A stretch of DNA of 64,000 nucleotides from Eremomyces bilateralis CBS 781.70. Lineage: Eukaryota. A program made the translations under genes and the position numbers. The stretch lies in the NCBI GenBank assembly GCA_010015585.1, contig ML975161.1; one strand, 5' to 3'. Each line of letters opens with the position of its first letter. Position 1 is the stretch's first letter. Positions 12,227 through 23,256 of this stretch are shown piece after piece. The notes under the pieces were generated by a model, which was not told where the DNA came from, did no database searches, and was given only the letters and a program-made list of their open reading frames with translations.

Positions 12227-13031
12227 ATGGTCAATATGAATAGAGGATCACAGGGTTTGTCAGCGCTCAATCCGGATGGGATAATCCCCAACGTCGACAA
12301 TATGGAAGCCTTCGGACGCCTCTTCAATGCCTCTCTCGCAAGGAGTCCTCCGCCACCGGTTGAGAGCGACGACATATACCTCGTTCGCATGCTCGACGAT
12401 ATTAATCACCCTCGATATGGTAATCCCATGGACGCTGCGCTTCAACGACGTGCTAGACACAGAGAAACCGCACGCCTCGCTGTCGAGACTGCTGAAGATC
12501 GGAGATTGGCGGAAGGCCGGCAGTCGGCTGCAGCTCCAGGTTCGCTTCTCCTGTCGGTCCTCTGCGACCGGTCGATAGGGGTTGAGCTATGCTCGCCAGG
12601 AAAATGGAGAGTTGGAGATTCATGTCCTCGGATCCTTCACCACGGAACGCCCGGCCGTCTCCTACACTAAACAACCCTTCGACACGGATATCGAGGACCA
12701 TCCGCTGGCAAAGTCGCTCCACAAAGCCACCGAGAGCCCACCAATCTAGCCCGGGCCCTCCTACATGGTTGGTCGTTGGCGCTCGCCGGCCGAGAGTCGG
12801 AAGTCTCCCCCCTGCTCGGCGTGCGAGACGACGCGATCTGCCCCGCCGCCGATGCGCCCTCAGCGAAGGCAGGGGAGTTCCGATGAGGCCCAAGCGGCTG
12901 AAGGGATGGACCATACTCTCGTTCGGGCTACAATTCGGCTGGGACTAGCTGCAGAATCGCGTCGTCGAGACCCGCACCATCTGTTTGTCCACGAGGGTGG
13001 TGGCCGAGTTGCGAAGTCAGGCACAGGCTGA
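12227..13031 (+). pseudogene. Probable decayed hypothetical gene
   Basis: Coding-like 147-aa ORF from ATG 12227, a candidate intron near 12540-12599, and a coding-like continuation in another frame broken by TAG. No family recognised. Confidence 0.3.
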
Positions 13032-13442
13032 CCTCCCCGCCGTGGATGGGGAGGGGGGGTGAGAAGTCCTTCGTCAGCGATGGCGACGTGTAGACGGCGA
13101 GGGACACACGCGTGGTAGCCTCCTCCCTGCCACAGTCACGGTTAGTGACGATACTCCAGGCGCTCCACGTGCGATTTCGATTGTCGTCGCTGCTTCAGGC
13201 GTCGATCTCAGTCTATCAACGACAGGACCCACGGCCGCCACACCCCCTCAGCCCAGTCCATTAGCCAGTGACGAACCGCGACCACCTCCATCACGTCGAA
13301 GCACGACCTCGTACTCCCAATCGCAATCTGTTCCCAAATGGTCATCTTCTGGTCATTCTTCGAGACGATCAATAAGTGCCAGTCATGATCTTGAGCGGTG
13401 AGAAGCAGGAGAGCGGGCCACGGCTTACTCGGAGTGGTTCGG

Positions 13443-13727
13443 ATCAGAGCGAGACGTTTCAGCCAGGTATCCGTCCATATCGCGATCTCGGGTTTACTGA
13501 CCGTTCATGATTTCATAGGGCCCTTGGTTTCAATAGGGATGGCAATGGGATTACAACCAATCTGAGTTGTGTGGTTCTGGGACTCGATGGGTTCGCCAGG
13601 GAGCGGACGGAGGCGGTCCCAAGCTTCGTTGATGGCCGAGTCCGGTTTAAGTGTGACAACGTAATCAACGACGCGGCCGTGGAGAGCGGAGCGCACGAGG
13701 GATGCGGGTTCGGTTCTGGCCGTTTTT
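13443..13727 (-). pseudogene. Fragment of a fungal PD-(D/E)XK nuclease-like gene
   Basis: Reads KTARTEP...RVVDYVVTLKPD...NHTT...PIAIPIETKGPMKS*TVSKPEIAIWTDTWLKRL, matching the family pattern VD...NHT...PIAxxIETK...xIAIW; TGA at 13505-13507 interrupts it. Confidence 0.7.
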
Positions 13728-13767
13728 CTACGGCCATGAGCATGTGACTGTTGAGATCTACGACGAG

Positions 13768-15151
13768 ACGAAGACGAAGACGAGCTGGCCAACCTGTTTC
13801 GTTCCAAAGTGAACATCTTAGCCACAGAACAAGATTCAGAACGGGTTTTGAATCTCCACAAAGATTCAAGAGAGATTGGAACTATTGTTTTTCCAGACGG
13901 CGACACGTTTGAGCAAAATGTTATGTTGTGGGCTATTTCGGAATGCATACTGGCAACTTGCATGCAATAAGCCGATATCTTAGCACTTCCGCCGAAGCTA
14001 AACTCTTTCTACACAGAGAAGACAATACTGGAAACACTTCTCTGATCATGGCGGCGGAAGAGAAGAGCCATGAAATGATGTCAGTCCTTTACAACACGGT
14101 GCAGATACGAACGCTATCAATGATGGACGAAGTCCGCTCATGGAGGCAGCGCTCTGGGGACGAATTGAAAGCGTGAAAGCGCTGCTTACCGCCAACACTG
14201 ACAAACGTCTTCGAGATCAGAAGGGTCGGTGGATATAGCGCAGCGGGCTCGCAAAAATGAAAAGGAAAGATAGGAGCGCGCTTCTATCGCTGCAGCAGAG
14301 AAAGTTCCCGAGCGTGACGAAGACAGGCGAAACATTGTCCTTTTACTCAATGACTCGGCCACCAAGAAGCAGCATGGATGCACCGGACCGCTTTCGGAGG
14401 GTGAACTGAACAAGTATAGCTTCAGGGAATCCCGATCTGAGATGGCAATTACGCTTTATGGACCCGTTGGCAGCTACCGCGTGCCATGAATTACCAAAAC
14501 TGGCGCCGTTCTAGACGGTAGGGATCAATTTGCTCGTATATCGGCAACTAGTGGCTGGGGTGCCGATGCTCTGCCTCTAAACAACAATACTGGGACACAC
14601 TGGACTGAGCACGTCTCTTATATCGCTTCCACGATTGGCCATAAGCTCCAAGATGCGCCATATCCGGGTTGGGGCCAGGGCAAGCCGGGGCAGGATTGTG
14701 CTTGCCATGCGGAGAAGAAGTTGATCGCCTACTTCATAGACAGGCACGGGTTCATGCCGCAAGACAGAGAGCAGACCAGGATTTGGAAGACTCAATCCGT
14801 GAAGTGGAAGACTTTCTTGCAGACGGAAAGCACTCGTCCGTAGCCTGGGAAAAGGCGTGTGATCTGGAAGAAGGAAAGTAGAATTTGACTCCCAGCTCTT
14901 CGACGCAGATCATCGATTACTGGGCGATTCTGACGATGAGCAAATGGTCAAGAGACTGAAATCTGAGATGCATGCGATCGATGAAGAACTGTTATGGTAA
15001 GCCTTGAGTTGGACGCTAGCGTGGCTGCGATGAGAGCACAGGAAAGGGGCAGTCTTATTGATCAGCAACGAGATCTGCGAACTGTGATATGTTCAAGAGA
15101 AAGGAGAATACCTGTTTCCAGTTGAATATCGAAATGCGCCGGTGCACCTAA
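13768..15151 (+). pseudogene. Decayed ankyrin-repeat + SsdA/DYW-like zinc-dependent deaminase gene
   Basis: Across frameshifts: ankyrin GNTSLIMAA and GADTNAINDGRSPLMEAALWGRIESVKALL; SGW (14550-14558); GQGKPGQDCACHAEKKLIAYFIDRH (HAE 14706-14714); ISNEIC-E/-C-DMF (Cys 15076 and 15083, frameshifted); stop 15149-15151. Internal stops at 14271 and 14487. Confidence 0.85.
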
Positions 15152-15732
15152 TTTAGTATATTTCGGCATGAGAATTACGCCATGCATTCTAAAAAGTATT
15201 GCACGACGTTAGAAACGAAACACAACGCAGGTGGTTTTGGCGAGGCGGAGATCATACAAGGTTATTCCGTACTCCATGGGTGATTCAGCCTTCCGGCCCT
15301 GTTCACCACTAGTGCAGCCTTGCTCGAGGATCGCGGCTAGGATAGTACCTCGACTTAACCATTCCCATATTTTATACATGGTCTCGTCTCCGCATCAAGT
15401 TGACCAGGACCGCTACCAGCATGATCGCATCCTGACTGCCGCATTTGGGTACAATCAATTACGTATCAAGTCATCACTAGGGAGCCGAAGGATTCAACCT
15501 TGCGAATTGACGGTCGATCTTTATATGGACGTTCCAATAGACTGGGGTGACCGCACATCGTGCATCCTGCATACGAGGCTGCGCCTCCGTCAGCTCAGCT
15601 CGCCCATGATATATGATTTGGCTCGGGGAATTCGCTTTAGAGGGTAGCATGTCGTATTTCCAATAATTTTAAGAGCAAGAAGTCGGGTTATGTTCGCATC
15701 TTTCTTTTGTTCAATCCCATAACGAATTCACG

Positions 15733-17164
15733 ATGTCTTTTCCAGAGGAGGGTTCAGGGAGCGTGGCTACTAATCCTACAGGTGCGCTGGCCGAGGAGTC
15801 GGACCCTCGATCGAGTGACCTCGGCACGGATCCGAACGATGGCTCTGGTTCTGGCGCTGGATCACTGTCTGAATCCATCCCTTCGGACTGCCTGGGTCTT
15901 GGATCTCCCAGCGCCGTTTGTGAATGCCAACGGGGCAGCTGGTCTGAAGATAGAGCATCCGCGCGGGAGTTTTGCAGCTGCCCAAGCGGCACGAAGTCGA
16001 ATGGCGATCCCGCGATGCCACTCTGCATATCTTCCGCCATCCCATCATCGACAGCGGCCAGAAGCTTATCTACTGAATCTCCCAGCTCTGCCAGCGTGAC
16101 CAGCGCTCTCCCATCGGCTGCCCTGGCCAGTGGGTCACCGATAAATGTTAGCAGAAGTGGACTCGCCCCCGGTCCGGTAGCGGGCATCGCCGTTGGATCT
16201 GCCGTCGCCGGAGCCGTGATCGCGAGCCTGATCTTGTTCTTCGCCTGCGTCCGAGGACGATCCAAGAAAGGAAGTGGCTACGGTAGCAAAGTTCGCTACT
16301 CCGACATTCCTGAAGAGAAGGACGGGCACCTTAACGGAGCGTCCAAAACCCCCACTGTTTCCGTCGTCGAAACCCATCTCCCCCAACCGGCAGCCGACGA
16401 CGTGATCTTTGGCGAATTCGGCAACCTTCGGGACCGCATTGTGAACCATGTCCAGGCCTATTACCACACCGCCGAAGTCGACGACGACATGATCGGGACC
16501 GCTGCTCTCCACGGCATATCGAATATCACAAAGATCCCGGCATCGACTTTACGAGCGCTGCTGCTGGACCCGAGCACGAGACCGCATGCGCTTCGGACGT
16601 ATATCGGCTGCCTAGTCCTCTCCCGGGCGACGCCCGAAGCGGACGCGAAGGTGTCCTTACTCCCACCAGAAATCGCGGGCTGCCTCCCCGCCATAGCCGC
16701 GCAGTCTAGTCCAGGTCCGTCGTCGTGATCCCGCGCTCGTATGCAACGTAACCGCTAACGTGGAAATAGTCCAAATGGCCCTGTTCAGTAAGTGGAAAGC
16801 CATCTCCGGCGTGCTCCTGCAGTCGCGGTATGACCCGAACGTCATCGTCGATGACGACACGCGCAATCCTAGCATTCGCCGGGCGCTGGGGGAGGCCGAG
16901 CTCGTCCTTCAGCCGTTCGCGGCGAATCTGACGGATGAGCGAGAGCGGAACTTGGAGGAAATCATGCGCGGGGGCGCTCGCTTCGGATTCATACTCTTCG
17001 GCCAACCGTCCAGCTGGCGGTTTCAATGGGATGGAGCGGTGGATGGGTTGGCGGTCTTTCCGCGTCTCCTTCAGTTAACGAATGACGATGGACAGGCCGT
17101 GCAGTCGCCGAGAGTGTTTGGCGAAATGGAGGTGGTACAAGGAGCTCACGTTGTATCAAGCTGA
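15733..17164 (+). CDS. Single-pass membrane protein: Cys/Ser-rich N-terminal region, uncharacterised cytoplasmic domain
   Basis: TM VAGIAVGSAVAGAVIASLILFFACV followed by RGRSKK; intron 16715-16769 (GCTAAC branch) joins the two ORFs in frame. Further 5' exons possible. Confidence 0.75.
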
Positions 17165-17743
17165 TTTGAGGCTCTGCGGATCCCGTCACACAGCATGATT
17201 CGTGCCAGGACGATCAAAGCAGTTGTCCTGTAGTCCAGACGACCTACTGCTAGGCCATTTCATCCTAGTGGCATTGATTAACAAGATCATATAATATATG
17301 AATATGCGTGAACTCACAATTGTCCGTTTAGCCAACATGCTTTTGTTAAGAGTCTGAGCCCTGGATGAGTCAGATGAATTTCCCTGGCGACACTCCAGCC
17401 CACCACCAACAATCAAGTCTGGACCTCCGACAAAGTAAAAACTATTCGCTTGTATTTCGCTAATCGCGTCTATCGTTAATTTACAATCCGTGTCGAAGCC
17501 TGTAAGCACCGAAGCCAAGTCAAAGCTGCCTATCCAGTATCCATATATCAGAAAGACAGACCCCGCGGTCCCTCTAATATTGGTACAAACGGACCCCGTC
17601 GAACGTGCCGAGACACAAATTCCCAGCGCAACGGATTCATCCAAAGGGATATTATGTGTCAAACTGTCGTTTCAACAAGAATCGAAGTCTTTGCACCGTA
17701 CGCCCCGTTCCATTTGAATGCAAGTCATGTCGTGGTTCCGCTT

Positions 17744-18916
17744 TCAACCCCCCTCCTGCGCCGCTCGCGCAGCGTCCTCGGCTTCCTTGACGGCGATCCG
17801 CTTCTGCTGCTCCTCCTCCGATAGGGCCTCGAACTCCGCGAGGTCCGCGTCCCATTTCTGCACGCACTCCATATTCCAGTTACAGGCTTCCACTTCGCCG
17901 AACATCGGATGGCTGTACCGGTGGTGGTTCGACGGCCAGCCCGACGCGTGATAATGGTGCTTGACCAGTGCGATCTTGCCATCGTGATTGCCGGAATCGG
18001 AATGGCCTTGGCCGGCGGCGAAGGCCTCGACGGTTAGAACGAGGATTCCGCCCACGGACTTCGATTCCCGCAGGTTGGTGAAGGTGTGCCAATTGACCTC
18101 ATGGCCTTCCCTTTTTGACATCTCCGCCAAGATCACGTTGGTAAACGCGGACGGGCCGGTGCCACTGATGACCTGGTCAAAGTCCAGCTCGATGTCGGAG
18201 ATGGGCTTGTTTTGCTCGCGGGCCACGCCGTCCAGCCAGATGATGATGTTGTTGATCAGCTGTAGCATCACCGGAAGCTTGGGTTTGCAGATGAACGTCC
18301 ACTGGCAGAACGACTGGGATTTCGGCCCAAGGATGGTGTGGTTGGAGAATTCAGGTTCGTCGATCTCGACTCCGACGATCATGTCGATGGACTTCTCGTT
18401 GTAGCGCTCGGGAATGAAGAAGTCCAGCGGCTTGAGAGCCTCCACGTCGATGTCGGTCCAGACGCCTCCTTCGGCGTACATAATCAGGTAGCGGAGGAGG
18501 TCGGCTTTGATGATTTTCGCGGTGAGGTGGCGGTAGACGTAGACGATATCCGGTCGATTGAAGCCCTCGGGGCCAAAGTAAGTCTCGACATATTGCATAT
18601 CATTCTGGTCGGTCAAGACTTCGTATCGATACCTCGGATTCTTCCCAACCCACGACCGGGCGAGGTTCAGGTCCCTCTCCTCAAAGTTGAGAGGGTCAAC
18701 TTTCCAGGACTGCCATATTTTCCTTGGAAAATGCCCGCCTGTGACTGAGGACCGATAGGCGAAGCGGCCCAGGTTCCCCGTGTTTAACAAGAAAATCGAG
18801 AGGATGATGCACGCGATAAGGACAGGTATCCGATTGCGAGAGCGAAACGGGAAGTAACTCCCGAAATGCTGCACCGGCGCGTGCATTTTCTTCTCGGAAA
18901 GATTTGAGAACCGCAT
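17744..18916 (-). CDS. OCH1-like alpha-1,6-mannosyltransferase (GT32)
   Basis: Type II TM anchor, FPRKIWQSWK, KADLLRYL and the DxD motif GGVWTDIDVE, QFCQW-like SFCQWT, TGP. Alternative ATG at 18958. Confidence 0.9.
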   Translation of the reverse strand: MRFSNLSEKKMHAPVQHFGSYFPFRSRNRIPVLIACIILSIFLLNTGNLGRFAYRSSVTGGHFPRKIWQSWKVDPLNFEERDLNLARSWVGKNPRYRYEVLTDQNDMQYVETYFGPEGFNRPDIVYVYRHLTAKIIKADLLRYLIMYAEGGVWTDIDVEALKPLDFFIPERYNEKSIDMIVGVEIDEPEFSNHTILGPKSQSFCQWTFICKPKLPVMLQLINNIIIWLDGVAREQNKPISDIELDFDQVISGTGPSAFTNVILAEMSKREGHEVNWHTFTNLRESKSVGGILVLTVEAFAAGQGHSDSGNHDGKIALVKHHYHASGWPSNHHRYSHPMFGEVEACNWNMECVQKWDADLAEFEALSEEEQQKRIAVKEAEDAARAAQEGG

Positions 18917-20614
18917 CAGCTCTCCGGAATTAAACGAGTGAAAAGACCATGGAGTCATAGGAGAAACAGGCGACGAAATCAACGAAGGGAGAGTCCAAAC
19001 GTTGGGAAGGATCGTAACACTTTTTTCGAGATCGGGACGCGCAACTTCGCAAACGACAAAATGCTGGGCACCCCAGGCGGGGATATATGTGGATGGCGAT
19101 TAGGGAGTTAGTATGAAACCTTGCAAGGAGCGCCGAGGCCACAGGGAGGGAAATTAATTTCTACGCATGGAGGAATGGAGAATGGGCGCGATGGAGGGTT
19201 CGGTGAAGAACCCGATGCACGCTTGCACAGTTACATTCGTGATTTTTGTTGCCACGGACCGGGGCCGATACGGACGATGCTGGTCGGGGGGTCTAGTCGG
19301 CGAACGGATTTCCGATCTAACGCTTGCGGTTGGGATCCGCATGGCCAGTGGTGAGTGAAGCATTTAGATTCATGACGGCAAAGAGATAGCGCGTGGATCA
19401 GGACTCGATTCGGCGATTGGTGTTAAAGGGTACGGCTGGTATCCCTGTTGCATCCCTGAGTGCTAAGGTCCTTGATCGATATTTGTGTCGTGCAAAAGGT
19501 TTGGACGTTGGAATTGCGATGTGAGCGTGAACCAATCCCACGGGAATCAAGTCAACGGCCAAACCGATCAGGGGCCATTGAATAGCAGCTGTTGTTGGAG
19601 GAGTAGTGGTTGTTACTCCTGGCGAAGGGTACCACTTGACGAATGGGGTGTACACTATCCCGCGTAACAGAAACATTGGTCGGGCATCAATAAGGATGAG
19701 CGGGTGACCCGGCCGGTGCAATTAAGACGCAATTGTTCTGGAAGCCCAGGTTGATAGCGTGGTTGGACAGTTTCCCGGTTCCTACGGGAGCCCCCTAGAG
19801 CCTGGACTCGCCCTAGGGGAACTGTGAGTAGGGGGTTACAGCGTCTTCGGACAGCTGTACGCAGTACAGGACATTTGTACTTGTGTGCTCCCTACGACTG
19901 GCTACTTCGCGCCTTTCAGATGTTAGGCAAGGGAAAAAGTGGGCTTCTTGAGGCGAATTCAGGGGAAGCGAGGATCATCCCCGTTCACGTCCCTTACTAT
20001 CCCTTCATATCAGCAACGGCGCGGGGAAAAGGGGGTCAACACCGGTTCCCCATTGGTGAAGACTACCAGCCGGCCTCGGTGAAGGCGTCGCCTCCAGTAG
20101 ATTAATTACAATTTCGCACCATACCATGTGAAAAGCCACCTATTAGTATTAAGGCACAGCGACAGAGTGCCGCCGACTATAGACAGACGGTGCCAAAGCC
20201 TGCCCTTCGCCCGGATGCCCCAGCACCGAACTCCCCCATTTGTGAATCGCCCCGATTTTCTCATGCGGAATGCTGAATCTGAAGCATGCCATTGAAGTTA
20301 GACGTCCGTGACGCATTAATCCATCGGTGCTAACTGCTAACGGCCTAAGCGTGCTAACACCTAAGGTATGTCTCGAATTCCCTGGGGTGTCAGATAATTC
20401 TCAGCCCACACCGTGGCTATCGCCGAGTGTTTGCGGCCATCTGTCTTCGTCGGACCTTTGACTTCAGGAGTTCAAGTTGGAAATTCTCTCTCCTTCACTT
20501 CTATGCCATTCTTTTCGTGATTTTTTGGAGGGTCTGTACATGTCGAGCTCCATCGACACCGATGAATGATCACTGAACCGTCTTTCGACTCCGTTCCGTG
20601 CGAATACCTCCTGG

Positions 20615-22066
20615 ATGCCTGCCCAAGACGGTATACTGGAGAAAGGATACTTGGGGGATCTCAATCCAGACCTAGCCCGCTCCGCTCCCTCTCGATTATT
20701 CAAATGGTTGCTCCATTTGGCACGACCGTCCTTTACGGTCCACCCCAATGGCAATGGTCATAACAACAAGTTAGGACGGACCGCATATCTAGATGGTCTG
20801 CGAGGGTTTGCCGCGTTCATCGTCTACTGGCACCATCACAACCTCTGGGCGCGCGGCATCGCCAGCGGAGTCTTCGAGAATGGCTACGGCTACATGGGCA
20901 AACATTACTTTGTCGCGCTCCCCTTCGTCCGGAACTTCTTCTCCGGCGGACATTTCGCCGTCTCGATCTTCTTCGTGATTTCCGGCTACGTCCTGTCCGC
21001 CAAACCCGTCGCCCTGATCCAAGCTGGCGACCACGTCAAGCTCGGCGACAACCTCGCTTCGGCGCTGTTCCGCCGCTGGATCCGCCTGTACATCCCGCTC
21101 ATCGCCACCACGATCCTCTACGTCTTCTGGTTCCACACCTTCGGCCTGGGCGTGATCGCCAAGAAGAAGGACACCATCGGCGCGGAGCTGTGGGAATGGT
21201 ATGCCGAGTTCAAGAACTTCAGCTTCGTCTACCGCACGAGCGGCGAGCCGTGGTTCACGTACAATTTCCACACCTGGTCGATCCCCGTCGAGTTCAAAGG
21301 GTCCGTCATCATCTACACCTGCCTGCTGGCGTTCTCCAGGGGGACGCGGAACGCGCGATTGCTCCTCACTATCGGCATGATCGTGTATTTCATGTACATC
21401 GTCGACGGCGCCCATTATTCCATGTTCCTCGCCGGCATGCTCCTCGCCGAAATCGACACCCTTGCCATGAACGACAACCTTCCGCACTTCTTCAAAGCCT
21501 TTGAAGCGTCGAAGCAATACATTTTCTACGGCTTCTTCATCGTGGCCATGTACCTCGGCGGCGTCCCGTCCATCGACCAGGACACGAGAAACCTCGCCAA
21601 GTCGCCCGGCTGGTACTACCTCTCCTTCCTGAAACCGCAGGCGATCTTCGACTACAAATGGTTCTACCTCTTCTGGGCCGCCGTGTTCATGGTCTCCTGC
21701 ATCCCGCGCATCCCTCTGCTCCGCCGCTTCTTCGAGACGCGCTTCAACCTGTACCTGGGCCGCATCTCGTTCGCGTTATACCTCGTCCACGGCCCGGTGC
21801 TCTGGATCGTCGGCGACCGGATGTACGCCGCCGTGGGATGGTATCGGGAGGACAACATGCTGCACACGCCCAAATGGGTCAACGCGTTCCCGATCCCGCG
21901 CATCGGGCCGTTAGGGCTGGAGACGGACTTCTGGCCGTGTCATCTGGTTCTGCTGCCGCTGACGCTCTGGCTGGCGGAGGTCGTCACGCGGATGTTCGAC
22001 GAGCCGAGCGTCAAGTTTGCGCGGTGGATATATACGTCGACGCTGGAGGAGGAGAATAAACGGTAG
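20615..22066 (+). CDS. Acyltransferase family 3 (OafA-like) integral membrane O-acyltransferase
   Basis: 483-aa intronless ORF with RTAYLDGLRGFAA, FFVISGYVL, WSIPVEF, YLGRISFALYLVH and many TM segments. Confidence 0.92.
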   Translation: MPAQDGILEKGYLGDLNPDLARSAPSRLFKWLLHLARPSFTVHPNGNGHNNKLGRTAYLDGLRGFAAFIVYWHHHNLWARGIASGVFENGYGYMGKHYFVALPFVRNFFSGGHFAVSIFFVISGYVLSAKPVALIQAGDHVKLGDNLASALFRRWIRLYIPLIATTILYVFWFHTFGLGVIAKKKDTIGAELWEWYAEFKNFSFVYRTSGEPWFTYNFHTWSIPVEFKGSVIIYTCLLAFSRGTRNARLLLTIGMIVYFMYIVDGAHYSMFLAGMLLAEIDTLAMNDNLPHFFKAFEASKQYIFYGFFIVAMYLGGVPSIDQDTRNLAKSPGWYYLSFLKPQAIFDYKWFYLFWAAVFMVSCIPRIPLLRRFFETRFNLYLGRISFALYLVHGPVLWIVGDRMYAAVGWYREDNMLHTPKWVNAFPIPRIGPLGLETDFWPCHLVLLPLTLWLAEVVTRMFDEPSVKFARWIYTSTLEEENKR

Positions 22067-23256
22067 ACTCGGAGTGGGGGACAAAAGGGCTAACTTGTAT
22101 AGACGAATCCTAAAGTAATGGATTTGCATTTACGTTTGGCGTTTGGATTGTATACTGGTGTAGTTCTAGCCGAAGCAATGCATTTTTATCGATAGCTTTA
22201 GCCTATGCCGTCACGATCAAGGGATATGTCTGTCCACCAGTGATGAGGGTGCCGAGCCATGTGAGGTTCCATTTCGAAGTTGTGAATACGGTCCCATCAT
22301 GCCTTGGGAACTAAGTATTAGTTTTAGTTGCCTATCCCCATTCCGGTTCCTTCTGCCGGTATTTAGGGGAGAAATATTAACGATCCGATCAGCCATGATT
22401 CCATGAATGAGGCTCCATCTATTGGCCCCACATGATCTAGTCCATATATTGCACACGATCGGCGGCCCGGCGCTCCTGTAACATCACGGCAGAAAATTAA
22501 GGACTCTGAAACGTAAGGCTGCATGAAACAACGGTGCTGGCTTGAAATAATGCTGAAACAAAGTGTGATCAGGTGCATTGTCGGCTCCAGGAATGCGGGT
22601 TTTCGGGATCGGCGTGGGATGGATAAAGTTTAGGTATCCACCGGGATTTGGATGTAAGGTGAAATGATCTATCAGGTTATTCAAGTCTTGGGCCTGATAG
22701 GAATAAGGGTTCAAATGTACGCGAAAGAAAGAGGGTAGCACCTACATAGTACTTACTTGTAGCAGTTACTCTTCCTCAACCGACTGTATGTACCATGCCA
22801 TGTTAAAGCTGACAATACGAACGGCGCTCTGCGACGACGCTATGCGACGACGCGCGGAGAGTTGAATGAAGAGGTGTCAGATTTCGCAGCATCTGCTACA
22901 GACCAGCAGACATAATTCCTGCAATCCGAAGGGTGGATTACCTTGAGGGACAACAATATTAATGGCTGCGTGGCGGAAAGATAGCTCAGGAGACTGATAT
23001 TGGATGAGGATATGGTATTAGACAAGAGTTGAAAAGATCCGTGCATGCTATGGTACAACTCTGTGCCATCCCTCCAATCATTGACCTGGCCGTTTCCGTC
23101 AAATATTATACAGATGATGGTTTCAATGGGCTCTGGGGAAAACGCCTGCGCCACTGTATGCGTACATGCGGGTATCGACAAGACCCGGAGCGAACTTGAC
23201 CTCCCCCACGACTCTCCATGAAGCGGGAGCGGAGCGAGACGAACTGCATGGTAATT

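Noticed and set aside
1..15200. Starship-type giant element
   Set aside because: No tyrosine-recombinase captain or element boundaries are visible, and the core gene GPH1 lies in between.
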